Below, in pieces: positions 49,825 through 63,942 of a stretch of 64,000 bases of DNA (the first letter of the stretch is position 1; the number at the start of each line of letters is the position of its first letter). The stretch comes from Phyllosticta citribraziliensis. Its lineage: Eukaryota. The notes under the pieces were generated by a model that saw only the letters and a list, made by a program, of their open reading frames with translations, searched no databases and was not told the DNA's origin. The position numbers were made by a program, and so were the translations under genes. Location: the NCBI RefSeq assembly GCF_038025025.1, contig NW_027117344.1, positions 1,984,001 to 2,048,000 on the forward strand, in the 5' to 3' direction.

Positions 49825-51107
49825 CTTTGCACGGTAGATGGATCAGGAGAGGGAGCATCGAGGCGATGCGCGGCGTTTGGGTTGATTTCATAGCATCGCT
49901 CACGGACAATGAGATCTCGGCCATCATGTTCAGTTCTTGAATGTACGCGCCGGTAGAGGCAGCGTTAACTTCTGCCTGTCGGTTGGGGAAGGTGATTTGT
50001 CATTCTTCATCGCCAGCTTGGAGTCCTGCTCTCGCAAAAATCGTATCCGATAAGCCTCGGGGTCTAGGGCCGTCCATATAATTGTGGATGCATTCTGCTT
50101 GGTCCGAGCCACAGATGATGGAGATGTTTCCCAGGACAAGCTGAAATCCAAGCCTCTTGCAGTGCCGTGCAAGAGATGTGTTCTTTTGCCGACCGTGGCG
50201 GTATTGGGTGGATGTCGGGCTTCTAAAAGAATGTCGCCTTTTGGGACTTGGGTGCTGGTGCTGCTGGTCTAGGGCTGGTCAGCCTCACGTAGACAGTAGA
50301 TCTGCCATGTCGCGGACCTTTCTCCGGCTGCAGCTCAGACATTTTGCGAATTGCGCCCTCCAAGGCCTAGGCCAGCTCGAATGCACCGCATTCGAAAAGC
50401 GAGTCGGGTGACGCAGACGATGGGAATTGCCATGGGTTCAGATGGAGATGTTGCAAGAGCAATCCGATGCTCGGGGTGTCGATATTGAGTGGTGTGAGAT
50501 ACCGCCAACTTGGATCGCGAATCTGGAGCCCGTCGTTGTGGCCACGCTCGTCCCACCCACCTCACACTCGCTCAACCCGTCCGGCTGCCCGCAAACACTT
50601 GGACCTCTTTCATCGTTTTCATCCACCACCACCCAGCTACTGCCATCATGTCGCCCTTAATTGGCCTCTGCTGTTGCCCCTCATGCGCTTGCCGTTCATC
50701 CAGTCTAGACCGACCCGTCACACGTGCAGACGCCTGCACCAGCGCCAAACCAAGACGCGCCTTCCATCTCTCTCACCATCCTCGTCCCTTTGATTGACGA
50801 CACTTTGCACATTCCGCCCGCTCCTGTCCATCTCGCTGGCCTCTCTTGCGACTTTCCATTGTCTGATCTAGCTTTTGCCACAAGGGCGCCATCAACGTCT
50901 CTCAGCATCCCAGGACCGACCCTTCAATTGCGCCGCCAGCTCCTACGAGAATACCGGCGTCTATGCGCCTCGACAGAATCGACCTCGAAAGGTTCAACCC
51001 AACATCTCTCACCTGATCCTTAATTGCCTTGACGGCCAAGGACCAGTCCTTCTACATTACATGACTTTCGGAAATCTCCAAGCGGACCCTCTGGCAACAT
51101 CGCGGCA

Positions 51108-53970
51108 ATGACGCCAACCCCACAGCGCCGTCCAATTTCGTACTTTCCCAAGGCCCAGTGCACGACCTTTCGGGCGCAATTATCAACGTCTTCTGAACCA
51201 ACTCCCCATACAGTCTATGATGTTGAGAATGCGACGAGGCCACTCCTGGAATTCAACGAGGCCGCGCACGAGGTCGACCACTCAGCGCGCGCAGACGCAG
51301 GTCCATCGGGGGCGTCCCTCAGGCCGTCCAATTTCCGCGACAAATATCTCATGCCAACCCTTTCGCGCAACGAGCGTCTCCGCCTGACAATGATGTGGTA
51401 CCACACTCGAACTCTCGCCGAAGATCAGGAGCTATTGCAAAAGCTGCAGACGACCTTGGCCTTGGTCAGGTCGTTCGTTGGCTGGCCTGTTGTCGTTTGT
51501 GGAATAATGGACAATCATTCATACTTACGAGTTGCCACCGAGGGTTTTCCAAAGGCAAGCCTGCCGCGCAGGGAAACCATGTGCGCGCATACCATCAATT
51601 CAGATTCTGGACTTATGGTCCTCCCAAGCATGCTCAAAGACTGGAGATTCAATCGATCACCTCCGGTTGAGTTTGACGGGCTGAGGGCATATGGAGGTGC
51701 GACGCTTCGCTGCGCGACTGAGAGCGGCGAATCCCTTGCACTCGGTACCTTGTGTGTGGCGGCAGATGTTGAGACAGAACTCCCGCCCGACAAACAAGCT
51801 GCCTTGGTTCAATTTGCCGACATTCTCAGCGCCGAGATTGTCAACAGGTCACGTCAAGCGCGCCAACGCCAGCGGCAACTCATGAATGATCGTATCGCAC
51901 AGATCAAAAAACAGGCCTCGCCTGAAAACGTGGAAGAATTGGTGCTTCAGGCGCTGAAGGATGATTATCCAAATGCGCGCGTAACCTTGCACGATTCAGA
52001 CGACGACGTAATTGAACTCGAAAACAGGGATTCCGTCACCTTTGCTGACTTTGAAGATGGGCTGTGGGAAGATTCAGAGCTGCTTGACACGCTCATCCTA
52101 ACCCGGAACCACGAGGAGCTTTCGTCGGATTCCACCATCAGGGCCATCGTGACGCACTGTCGCAAGAAGCCACATCCTCGGTTTCTGATTGTGGCCTCCA
52201 AAGAGGTTCAGCTCGTCTTCGATGATGTTGATTCGTGGTTTGTTCAAGTTTGCGGCGACATTCTGTTCGACTTTTATCAAGAACAGCTGCTGCACGACGC
52301 GATAAATGCCAAGGATCTGTTCCTTCGCAGCGTGACGCACCAGCTCAGGACTCCAATTCATGGTGTGATTGCCTCTGTCGAGATGCTTGCCGAAGAGCTC
52401 TCTTCAAAAGCTGTGACTGGATTTGTCACAGGTCCTCAAGGGATTATCAGTCGCGTCGATACAGAGTTCGCGTCAAGAGCGAGCCTGTACCTCACGTCAA
52501 TTAGATCAGCGGGAAGAGAGCTCATGTCAACTGTCAACAACATGTTGATGTTGAATCGCTGGGCCGAGTCGAGTCGATCAATGAAACCAGCCAGTCTCCA
52601 TGAGTTGAATGAACTGGAAGCAGCCGTACTCTACTCCATCTCCCAGATCGCCTCCGAGGATGAAGTTTCCACGTCCATCATCTTCGACAATATTCTCCCT
52701 GCTGGCTGCGGCGTGATCATCGATATTGCCCTTCTCAAAGAGGCACTCAAAGCACTCATACTGAATGCGATTCAGGCGACGCCAGATGGAAGCATTCACA
52801 TCGTCATTTCAGCCACTCAGGACTACTCGGTTCTCCAATTCGATATTTACGACTCTGGGTACGGAATCAGTCGAGAGAGTCAGGAAAGAATCTTTGGGGC
52901 TTACGAAAAAGGCAATACCCACTCCCGCGGCGTAGGACTAGGGCTTACAATTGCGTCCAAAATCGCCAACGCGATGAATGGATGCCTCTACTTGGTCTCC
53001 TCAGATCCTGGCAAAGGGTCCCACTTTCGAGCCGAGTTTCACAATCCGGGATTCGCGTGTCCAACCTCACGCGAAGCGCCGATCGAACCCAAGACGCCAC
53101 CACTCCAAAAGCTCTACTATATAATACCAACTGGAGAAGCCCCCACTCCATTGGTCAAACACTTTGTGAGCTATCTCGAGCACCGAGATTATCAGGAATC
53201 GACTCAGTCGCAGGGTGCTCTCAACGTTGTGAGTTTCACAGCGGACGAGAGCAGACTGCGCAGCTTCCTTGGACAAGTGGATGACAATGCCGTGGCCCTT
53301 TGCTTGATACCATGTCGTGTCAGGGCAATCCAACTTCAATTACCTCATCACGACAGCCGAATCATGTTTATCGAGGGGCCCTTTCTCTCCACGAAACTGA
53401 GAGAACATTTGAAAAAGGTGGACACGTTGTTGTACAACATCCGCGAGGGAACTCCGCCGAGGAAAGGAAGCCAACCAAATGGATCCCCTCATGGGCTTGA
53501 TGAGATGCTTCACAGAAAGCTACGCATCAGCGATCCAGTTCGTGCCTTGCTGGTGGACGACAATGCCATCAATTTGAGGGTGCTCAAAATGTACTGCGAA
53601 AAGAGGCGAGTGCCGTACGCCCTCGCAGTGGACGGCAACGAAGCCGTATCACATTACACCAGCAACCTCTTGACGACACCCTTCAATCTCGTATTGATGG
53701 ACCTGCAAATGCCAAACTGCGACGGGATTGAGGCAACGCGCAGAATTCGGGCGTTTGAACAAGATACCGGGCTTGCTCCTGCAGTGATTTTCATCAGTGA
53801 GTTCTGTTGCTCTATACTGAATCTGCACCTGCTAATGACTCCTAGTCACCGGTCAGGACAGTCCTGGAGACAAATCGGATTGCAAAAACGCCGGTGTCAA
53901 CGAGTTTTTCGTCAAACCAATGTCGATTAAGACTCTCGACAGCGGCATCGGCCAGTATTTTAGTGGATAA
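51108..53970 (+). CDS. Hybrid histidine kinase (GAF - HisKA - HATPase - receiver)
   Basis: GAF PRRETMCAHTI..DWRF; H-box SVTHQLRTPIHG; N/G boxes LILNAIQAT, DSGYGI and GVGLGLTI; receiver LLVDDNAIN..LMDLQMP..I|TG..KP. Intron 53797-53845, stop at 53968-53970. Confidence 0.92.
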
Positions 53971-55196
53971 GTCCACCTTGGGTCGGAGTGGCAGGCGTTT
54001 GCGACGAAGGCTTGCGCATCGTCGCAAGCACCCCATGGCGCGGGCTCGTGCTCAGCAATCCGCGGTGGCAAAGTTTCCGCAGGCACTTGGGAGCTCGCAA
54101 GGTCGTACTCTCCCTCTGTGTCTCTCTTCTTCTTCTTGTTGTTGAAAAGATGGACTCGAGGCGTTCTGATCTTTGGCTTGGTATGCTCGGCGTGGGAGCA
54201 GTGTGATGAGGCGTTTTGCATCGAGGTATTGCCTCTTTTGTTGATGTTCATTGCTTTATTTTTTCGATGGCTCGTTGGCGAGCGAATCAAGCAACAATAC
54301 CCTAGACATTGCGAGCGATTGCGTATGTATTGCTGTTGGAGTATTAGGTCCTCAAGGCTTGAATGTGCAATGGAGAAGGATGGACACGGTCATGGGTTCT
54401 GATGTTGTCTTTTGTTTGCTGCACGCTCACCTCATGTCCAGACAACATCGAATAGTCACACTCCACCCCGCTCCGCTCCCCGCGCCGAGCCAGCTCTCTC
54501 TTCGTGTCCGGGTGCCGAACGGAGAGGTGGGATCGCAGAGTCGCCCCAGCGTCCCCAGACGAGGCCCCACGGTAAGGTGAGGGGCAAGATACGAGAGCTA
54601 CAGCGGCAGCGGAAATCGGTTGTCTGAAACGCGGCGGCGCGTGAGCCCGTTGCTTCGTCCCATTGGCGTGTCGAACTGCAACTCAGCATAGCGACGACAA
54701 TGGCTTCGTCTTGTAGTCTTCGGACCTGGAGCAATGCGACTGGTGCGATAGGACAGCAGCCGGCAGTTGGGAATTAGCTCATCGGCAGTTCTGGTTAGAC
54801 TTGGTGGCAGGGCCAATGGCGGACGCCAGGGCACGGCACAAGGTTTGTGGCTGGTCGGGCTCAGATTTGAGCGGCGGTACCGAGCTTTGAAATCTGGGCG
54901 GTATCTCGGCGACCGACAAATTCGAGCGAGAAGAAAGGTCTCTGAGACGGATGGGTCGAGGACAAGGATATGAATGTGCGGGGCGGTAGCGCGCTCCTTT
55001 GGTTTGCTTTGTGCAAGCAGATTCGCCGGCACTTCTCGGCACTTGGTCACGCTCTCGAGACCAATCAACGTCAATCAAGCGTCTGGGGAAATGTCCAAGC
55101 CAAACAAGCCCGAGGTCATGCTACCTCTGCCGCCTACAAGAAGATGATTCTGCTCGATTCTACTCCCTCAAACACTGAGAAACGACGGGAGAAACC

Positions 55197-57412
55197 ATGG
55201 CTTCAGGTATCCTCCATCCACGGCACGCGCCCTGGTGCAACGTTGGCTGACCGTTGCGACGCCTAGTCGCCCCTCAAGCCGTGGCTGCTGCTGTCGCCGG
55301 CGCTGCCACAGCTTTAGCCTACGTCGACGCCAAGTACCACCTGTCCAAAGACATTGCAACCAACCGCCAGTTTGGAGCTGCCGCGAGCTTCTCCGCTGCC
55401 AAAGGTAAGATCCCCCCGATTCCGCCTTGCATCTTCCGGCACTCGGGTCATCATCGCCTGTCCGCCGCTAACCATCCCTTTGCGCCCCTCCAGCCAAGGC
55501 AAACCGCAACTCGCTCTGGTACGACTTTGAAGCTCAGGTCAACCGTCTCCCTGCACACGAGCAGTGTCTTTGGAGCCGCAATGGCAACTACACCTGGCGC
55601 GAGACGCACGCCAACGCCTGTCGCTACGCCCAAGCTCTCCTCGAGCTCGGCGTCACCCCCGGCACACTCATTGCGACCTATATCAACAATTCCCCCGACT
55701 TTATCTTTGCGCTGCTCGGCAGCTGGAGCATCGGCAGCGCGCCTGCCTTGATAAACTACAATCTGGGAGGCCAAGGCTTGGTGCATTGCCTCAAAATCAG
55801 TGGAGCAAAAGTACTCCTCGTCGACAACGATCCGGCCTTTTTGCAGCGGGTTCAACAAGTCAGGGATCATTTGGAGCAAGAGCTTGGAATCAAAATCATC
55901 GTGTTGGATGACGCCACCAAGGATGCCATCAATTCGTTTGAGCCAAAGCGACCCGAACGCAAGTACAGGGAGAATGTCAAGCCAGACTTCCCCATGTGCT
56001 TATTATACACGAGGTAAGCGACATTTTTACCTTGTCGAGCTAGCGTGCTAAAAGCTTCGCCAGCGGCTCCACTGGTCTCCCCAAATGTTGCCCGTTCGAG
56101 GTCGGACGGGCCTTTGTTCTTCAGGGTCCGCGCATCAAATCGTGTGGAATGAAACCAGGGCCCAACGGCGACCGATGGTACGACTGCATGCCATTCTACC
56201 ACGGCACCGGGCACACGGTAGCCGTGACCTGCATGACGACTGGCATCACGCTCTGCATCGGGCGCAAGTTCTCGACGTCGGGCTTCTGGCAGGACATTCG
56301 CGACAGCGACGCCACGGGCATGGTCTACGTGGGCGAGACGGTGCGCTACCTCCTCACGCCGCCGCCGAGCCCGCTGGACAAGCAGCACCGCGTCAAGCTG
56401 GCGTTTGGCAACGGGCTGCGGCCCGACGTGTGGGCGCGCTTCGCCGAGCGCTTCGGCATCGACACCGTTGCCGAAATCTTCAACAGCACCGAGGGCGTGC
56501 TGTCACTGCAAAACATATGCCGCGGCGAATACCAGCTCGGCGCCGTCGGGCACCAGGGCGCCATCAGCAGGCGCAACTTCTACGACGTTTACATCCCTGT
56601 TGAAATCGATTACGAGACGGGGCAAATGTACCGGGATCCGAAGACGGGATTCGCGCGGCGGAAGCCGTACGAGGAGGGTGGAGAGATGCTGGTTCGCGTC
56701 GCCAGCGAAAAGGCATTTGTTGGATATTGGAATAACCCCGAGGCCACGGCCAAGATGTTTGAGCGCAATGTGTTCAAAAAGGGTGATCTTTTCTACCGGA
56801 TGGGGGACGCGCTCCGCCGTACTCCTGACGGGTTGTGGTACTTCATGGATCGCCTCGGCGACACGTATCGGTGGAAGTCGGAGAACGTATCGACGGCAGA
56901 AGTGTCGCAAGTCCTTGGTCGGCTTTCCGGCGTCGTCGAGGCAATAGTGTATGGTGTCGAAGTTCCAGGTACGCCCCCTCGCCCATGTCTCCAATTCTCT
57001 TCCAATACTGATAGTGAAGGCAGGCCACGACGGACGCGCGGGCTGTGCCGCTCTCAACATCGACCCAACGCAGCGCGCCAGCGCCGCCTTCTACGTCTCG
57101 CTGTTGGCGCACGCGCGCAAACTGCTGCCCAAATACGCCGTCCCCGTCTTCATCCGCGTCATCGCCAACCTGAAGCCCATGCACAACAACAAGCAGAACA
57201 AGGCGCCACTCAAGAAGGAGGGTATCGACCACGCCAAAATCGCCACCGGGGAAGGTGGCCGCGAGGACAGGTTGCTTTGGCTTCCCGAGGCCCTCGGCGT
57301 CAAGGGCCGGGGCGAGGGCTATGTGGAGTTTGAGCCGCGCGATTTGGAGGGCTTGAGGAGTGTTGCCCGCGCGCAGACGGGTGGGGCGGGCACGGTCGCT
57401 GCGAGGCTGTGA
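55197..57412 (+). CDS. FATP/Fat1-family (very-)long-chain acyl-CoA synthetase (CefD1-like), predicted peroxisomal
   Basis: Motifs LLYT|SGSTGLPK (AMP-binding), MPFYHG, YVGETVRYL, FGNGLRPDVW, FNSTEG, DRLGDTYRWKSENVST, GHDGRAGCA and LPKYAVPVFIR. Ends in -ARL (PTS1-type). Confidence 0.9.
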
Positions 57413-57908
57413 GCGGCGAGTTTGTTGCACCGTAGAGACACGGGAGCTTTTACCCCCTTTTCATTCGTCTCTTTCAGCTGGACTGGACTGATGTCGACTG
57501 ACAGCGGTTCTCTCTGGTCCGTCTGTCGCGGCTTCTTCGTCGTCTTGAGCGTTCCAGCGTGCTGTTTACCCTTCTATTCCCTATTTCTAGCGTGTGTTGG
57601 CACGCTTGTATCTAGAGGACCGTGATCAAACGTGGTGACTCGGACAGACTGACATCGACACCAACTTGACACAGAGAATGGACGTGCGCAAATGAAATGC
57701 GACTTCCCGGCTCAACATACCACAGAGTAGAAAGCCAACGTACAATATCTTAGTCACAGACCCAAACCACGCCCGTCGCCAATCGTTCGTTGCAAGCTCC
57801 GTCCCCAGCTCCAACCAGAGCCATGTCGTCAATCGTCGAAACGTTGCAAGCCGTCCCAGCAGAGTTTTCACAAGAAATTCGTCCTTGCAGCCAAACACGC
57901 CGTCACTG

Positions 57909-60561
57909 TCAGCTCGCCAAAGCACTCTCGTCATAGACCCAATTGAACGGAATGACAGCCGCAAGCTTCCACTCAAAACTGCAGCGACACGCGCCGCCGC
58001 TACGCCGTGGCGGTCTCCAAGACGGCGCGACGTTGGTCGTCGCAACGCCGCTGCCCCACGCCTCGAAGCCAGCCACCTCGCCGCCCTCGACGAAGGGCCG
58101 CTGGATCAGCCGGACGAGTGCGGCGAACGGCGTGTTTGCGGCGTCGACGGCCGCTGCGCCTTTAGTCTCGCTTGATGACGAGGATGACGAGCGGCTGGAG
58201 GAATATTTGAGTGTTTGGAATGATGTTGTTCTCTTGTGGTTTGTTGATGATGACAATGAGGAGGAGGATGAGGATGTTGTTGTCGTTGTTCCGCCGCCAT
58301 TGACGGCCCTCTTCCAAAAGGCGTGCAGGGGCGCCATTCTAGCGAGGAGCGAACGCGCTACGCGGTCGCCTTTTGAGCACTTTGCCAGCGTGTCGAAGCA
58401 AGCGGTGGCGGCGTCGAGATACTCGCTTGCCGCCGGGTTGGGCTGTAAGGGGTCATCCAGGAGAAGGCTCTCCGCCACGGCAAACAAGAGGACTGTGCAG
58501 CAGGTGTAGGCTTGCGAGCTATTTGTTGATGTTTGTCGGCGTCAAAAGGTGCGTCTTTGCAAGAGGTGGTGGTAATAGTCTGGGGGCGCCTTACATGATG
58601 AGCCAGCACCGCTCATGCTTCCCCATGTGCTCTCGCACGCTCCTCATGATCCGCGACGCATCGAGCGCCGCCGCAACGGCTCGCGCGCTGTAGCGGTTCC
58701 GCAGGGCGCGGAAGCGCTCAGCATGGACAGAATCTGCAGAGGGCTCGCGGGTCAGAAATCTCCTGCAAAGAAGAATGATATTTCCGTAGTAAATGAGATG
58801 GAGGAAGTTTGTGACAGCGCGCGTGCTATCGAGGACGTTTGCGGGGAGGTGACCGAGGGCGTTTGCGGCGGTGTTGGTGGTGTTGGTGGTGTTGGTGGGT
58901 AAGGGGAGCTTAATTGCCTCTGGTAGCCTCTCATACCATCGCTCTAGATCTTGTATCATCGAATCGACGACTGCAAAACTGTTATACCTGAATGACCACA
59001 GCATTCGAAGCACTTGCGCTCCGAGAATGGCACACCGGGCGATTTCGGTCTGGACGAGTTGGTAGCGATCGCCTGATCGGGCGATGTTTGTTTGCTGTCA
59101 AGTCGTCAGCTGTTTGTTGTGGGGCTGCAATGAGCTGTACTGACTCTGAACAAGACGTCCGGCCGCCGATTCTGCTCGAGACACTCCATGGTGGTGGAAA
59201 TCCAGCTTCGACAAGTTAGTCTTCGCAATAGAGGCTTTATTCTTTCGCGAGGGAGCATTCATGTTTGCAACACGTGTTCGGTGCCAGTCATTGGGCCACC
59301 GAATTCAGCAGAATTTCACTGGACTTTCGACCATTGCAAGGGACACGGAGCAGAGCAGAGCGCAGGTGGGTGCGGGGATGGACTCTTGGTTTTCACACCT
59401 CTCGAGAAACAACAGCGTATTGAAGACTCTTTTGTAGTCGACCCACGACACTTCATCCAACTCCATCGGGCGTATCTCTCCGGCAATGCATTCTTTCTCG
59501 GCGAGGCGAATGCCCGTTTCTTCGCGGAGATTAGCTGATTGGTTCTGTTCAAGGAGCAGGCCAAGCATGTTCTGGAGTGAGCAGATATGCTGTCAAGGCT
59601 GATCAGACGGACCGACGAAATTGAGGGCGATTGGATCCTTGCTCATAATGTGCCACATGCCAAGGAGGGCCGATACCCTCATTCCGTTAAGGGGACTCTC
59701 GTAAATGATGTCTTCAAAGTAGAGCCTTGCGAGGTTGAAGAACATGTCGCAAGTATCTGGCCGGATGTCGGGGGTGAGGTACTGGCTGCCAATAGCAGCA
59801 ATCGAAAACAATTCACACAGAGCGACCCGTGACGGTTCGCTGCCTTCGCCATAGACTTGATTGTAATCATCAATGCCTTGTTGAAGAGTAAAAACGTGGA
59901 AGAGGCTGCCGCTATATTTGAAGAAGGCAATTACCGCCCGTTTGCATTCTTGCGCGTCAGGGAGACGCAACGGAGGGATAGGGCGCACAGCCGGGAGCTG
60001 TTTGGTATCGTCTGTTGCCAGGGTAAACTCAGCTCCCGCCAGCTCGGCATCCATTGAGACCGGGGAGAAATCATCATCGAGGTCCATTTCGCCTGGAGTT
60101 TCGTCTTCCTCTGCCGCGTGACCGAGTGCCGGTCCACCTGGCTGATCGGCCGCTGCTAGTACCGAGAGCGACTGAAAATTGTCCCCAGCTCGGAGGCGCT
60201 TGAATAAGTCTTCAGCCTCTGTTGTCGGCCTTGATCGCAGCATGTCCAGAACTTTCTTCATGCTGGTAACTTCTTGCTGCAGTTCCTCGTTTTTCGCTTT
60301 GAGAGCACCCGTCCTCGTTTCGTTTGGAGGAGTATCGTAAACACACTCGGTGTCCTTGTTGTTACACGGCTGGCACTGGGGACGACGTCCATCGCATTTT
60401 GATTTACGCTGACGACATGCTCCGCAGGCCGCAACCACGAGGGTCCCTTGTCTTGATCTCCGCGCACGTGGTTGGATCCCGCGGCCCGCAGCGCTGTCTT
60501 CCGGTCCCTTCGAAGCGCTTTCATTGCTGGGAAGTATTGGACGGTAATGAAGGTTGGACAT
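57909..60561 (-). CDS. Zn(II)2Cys6 transcription factor (NirA-like architecture)
   Basis: ACGACRQRKSKCDGRRPQCQPCNNKDTECVY followed by a coiled coil. The middle region has FFKYSGSLFHVF, LERWYERLP and LHLIYYGNIILLCRRFL. Several introns; the internal exon boundaries are only partly resolved. Confidence 0.82.
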
Positions 60562-61862
60562 GCTGAAATCGAGAAAGGAGAGGAAATCGGTTCTTCGCCA
60601 AGGGACTGAATCGGTCGTCCGCCCGTCGCCGCGGAGAAGCGTCAAGCGCGACCATCTTATGGTGGTTGACGCATGTAAGTTCTTATACGTGATCGCAAAG
60701 TTGGGGAAGAATCTGGGGAATTCGCGTTATTAACCCCTGAAGAGATTTTTGGTATCACAGATGCCTTCATCCTTGACGTGGAACCGCTCATCGCATTGGC
60801 ACGAGAAAACGGCAATCAGGCCGTGCCGGAACTTCCCTCCGGCGAAGCTCCTATTGGACGGAGGCACACACAGCTTCCTTATTCAACAATGGCCTCGACT
60901 CTCATAGAACGTAGGATTAAACCTGGACTCGGGGCCTTTTGCTTGGACAAATTTTGAATGTTTCGCAAAATCGTACCCTAGGAGTCGATCACTGGGATGG
61001 ATCGAACGACACATGGCTTGAAAGGTCCAGTGAAAGGTCTAGAATCGATGGCTCACCTTCGTTTCTCACCGTCGCTCACTGTAGAATGTCAAAGAGCTTT
61101 TGCAAATATTTCAACTTTGTAGTACATATTCCCCTGAATGACGGTCACGGTAGGACTCTGAGCCGTGTTATCGTGTCTTCAAATTGAATCAATCATAGTA
61201 GCAGCGGCGGCACACGCTGTCCGAGGAGCAAGGAATGTCCTTCACAATATACCCGTCCTGCCTTGTGACTAAGAATTAATCGTCAGTCCGAAGTGCATTA
61301 ACGGCTTGGAAAAAGAGCAGTGAGCCGCTTGTCCGAACATCAACGTCTCGGAGACGGCTCCTAAAGCCGCTGTGCGCGGAGCTGGGTCCGCCAAGGAATG
61401 GCATTGGGAACGTGCTGGTCGAATGAATTGAATTCCGTGAATCACACAATGGGCTCTTGGCCGAGCCTGCCAGAGTAAGTTGCTATTTTACTTTCTGCAA
61501 GAATTGCGCATGTCAATTGAGACATTCAAGACCTGGCATTCTCAACTGCACCTGGGCAAGAAATCCATCGGTGTCCATTCGACAAGGTATCAAAGCCACG
61601 TCCCATTATCGCTGTGTATGTAGAGTCCTATGAATCGTCAACCGACCCGCTATGCAATGAAATGGGAAATGCATCGTGTCAACTTCAGCCCCGTCCCATC
61701 CACAACATCAAAATCCCACATCCATCTCCTTTAATGAACTCAGAATCCAGGTCGGCTATCGTCAAGACTTTTGTGGGGAAAAAAAGGAAAAAAGAAAAAA
61801 AGAAAAAAAGAAAGGGGTCGTAAACAAGGTGGGTGAGGAGAAGCGGTTCATGAATCAACGAG

Positions 61863-63782
61863 TTACCTGCCAAGGCGAATGACACCTGCGGCGATAAGCT
61901 TCTGGACATTGATCTTCACCTGCGGGTTCTTCATGTGCTCCTGAAGCGCCGCAGGGTCGTTCTTTGCCTGTTGCAGGATGCTCTGCATGACTGGATCCTG
62001 GAGGATGGCAGCAATCTATGACTGTTAGTAATTGAATGGACGAGAACGCGGTCATGACTTACATCGGGATCCCTTTGGATGCGCTCCATGGTCTGCTCCT
62101 CGGTCTCGCCCTCGCGCGCCGCGAATTGTGCTTGCAACGCCTTTTGTTGCTGCTGGTCAATCTCGCGCGCATTCTTGCCACCCTCGTCGTGCCCCGAGGC
62201 CTCAGCACACACGTCAAGACACTTGTTGTACTCGCGCATGGCAAAGAGTGCCTGAGCCTTGCGCAGGTAGGCACGGATGAACTTGGGGTCGCGCTTGATG
62301 GCCTCGTCGCAGTCTTGGACAGCCGTGGGGAAGGCAAGCAGCTTGATGTAGCAGGCAGCGCGGTTGCTGTAACCGCGCGGGTCGTCGGGGGCACGCTTGA
62401 TCATCTCGCTGTACGCAGCAACGGCCGCGGGCCAGTCGGCCTCCTTGAACTTTTGATTTCCAAGCTCACGAGCCTCCTCAGCCTTTTGAGGATCGATGTA
62501 CGCCTCCCTCTCGGCCTTGATCTTGGCCTTTTCCGTTACGCGCAGCTTGGAGAGAATGTCGGGAGTGCGGTGCTCAGTAAGGGAGCGGTTGTAGTACTCG
62601 ATGGCGCTGCCGAGGTCGCCCTTCTTCTCGTACGATGTACCGATACGACCAAAAGCCCTACTGGAGTCAGTAAATTTGTTGACACAGGACTAGGAGCACT
62701 TACTTGGCAATGAGCTTGAAGTCAGCATGGACCTCGCGGCCGTGCTCGATGGCCTTGTTGCAAGCTTCGATACAGCCGTCGTAGTCGCCCTTTTCAAACT
62801 TGGCGGCGCCGAGGTTGGTGAGGTAGGTAATGTCCTGGTACGTCTCCCAAGCCTCATTGTACTTGGCAATAGCCTCGTCAAACTTCCTCTGCTTGTAGAG
62901 TTGTGTTCCCTCGGCCTTGATGGCATCAGCCTTGGCCTTGGCCTCCTTCTTTGCTTTGGCCTCCTCGTCTTCAGACTCAGGCTCCGGTTCGGGCTCGGGC
63001 TCGGGCTGCTTCTTCGGCTCCGCAGGCTTAGCGTCAGGCATGGGCACGTCTTCATCCTGCTCTTTCCTGTGCACCTCCTGCGCACCCTCAGGCGGCTGGC
63101 CAAATGACATGTCGATACCCAGAAGCACGCTCATGACTTGTAGGAAACGAGGATCGCTCATCGCCGCGCCAGCGCTCTGGGGGTTTTGCTTGATGGTCTG
63201 CAGCTTCTGCATGAATTCTTGGTCGGCGAGGAGCGACGATGTCTTGGGGTTCGCGGCAAGCTTCTGGAAGAGCGCAGGGTCGTTGAACATGTTTCCGAAT
63301 CCGCCAGAGGGATCGTTGTGTTCCTCGTTCTCAATGGCACGCTTGACGGCGTCGAGGCCAGACTTGGCTTGCGCGTTGGTGGGTTCCAGCTTGAGCGCGT
63401 GCTCAAAAGCATCAACAGCAGTTACTGCTCCCGTCAGTACCATGTTGTGCGTCTCTCAAGAGTGTAGACTCACCCAAATCACCCTTTCCATGGAGCGCAG
63501 AGCCTTTGCGGCTCCAGCCTTTGGCCCAGTCGGGCTTGAGTTCCGTCGTCTTTTCGGCATCCTGGTACGCGTGTTCAAAGTCCTTCATGGAGGCGAAGCA
63601 TCCGGAGCGGTTCGAGTAGAGGACATGGTTCTGAGGGTCGAGTTGGATTGCTTGGGTAAACTTGTCACTGCGCACGCGTCAGTAAGGTTTGGCGGGGCAT
63701 GACGAAATTGCACGTACATTGCCTCGGGGAACTTCTTTTCGGCAAAGAGCTTGTTGCCCTCGGCCTTGAGCGCGTCGGCCAT
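61863..63782 (-). CDS. STI1: Hsp70/Hsp90 organising protein Sti1/Hop
   Basis: [16 protein letters not shown] repeats ([30 protein letters not shown]), DP domains and C-terminal [13 protein letters not shown]. Four introns. Confidence 0.95.
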
Positions 63783-63922
63783 GTTTAAGTCGTGGGGTGG
63801 AGAGCTTGTTGGCGATGTAATTGGAGATGGTTCTGAGCAATGTGAACACCGAGATGCGAACTAAGAGGGTGAGAGCTCGGTGGAGTTTATGACCAAATCC
63901 TGGTACCGGCGAATCGCCAGCC

Positions 63923-63942
63923 AGAAAGCTCTAGAAGGCTCG
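63923..63942. promoter_or_regulatory. Imperfect heat-shock element upstream of STI1
   Basis: aGAAa-gCTCt-aGAAg-gCTCg: four contiguous pentamers in the nGAAn/nTTCn phase, about 140 bp upstream of the STI1 ATG. Confidence 0.55.

Noticed and set aside
55197..57412. Cephalosporin-type cluster suggested by CefD1 similarity
   Set aside because: No NRPS, IPN synthase or racemase gene is in the window. The FATP family is widespread.
61779..61813. A-rich tract as a retroelement tail
   Set aside because: It is the U-rich 3' UTR of STI1 on the minus strand, and there is no element body or TSD.
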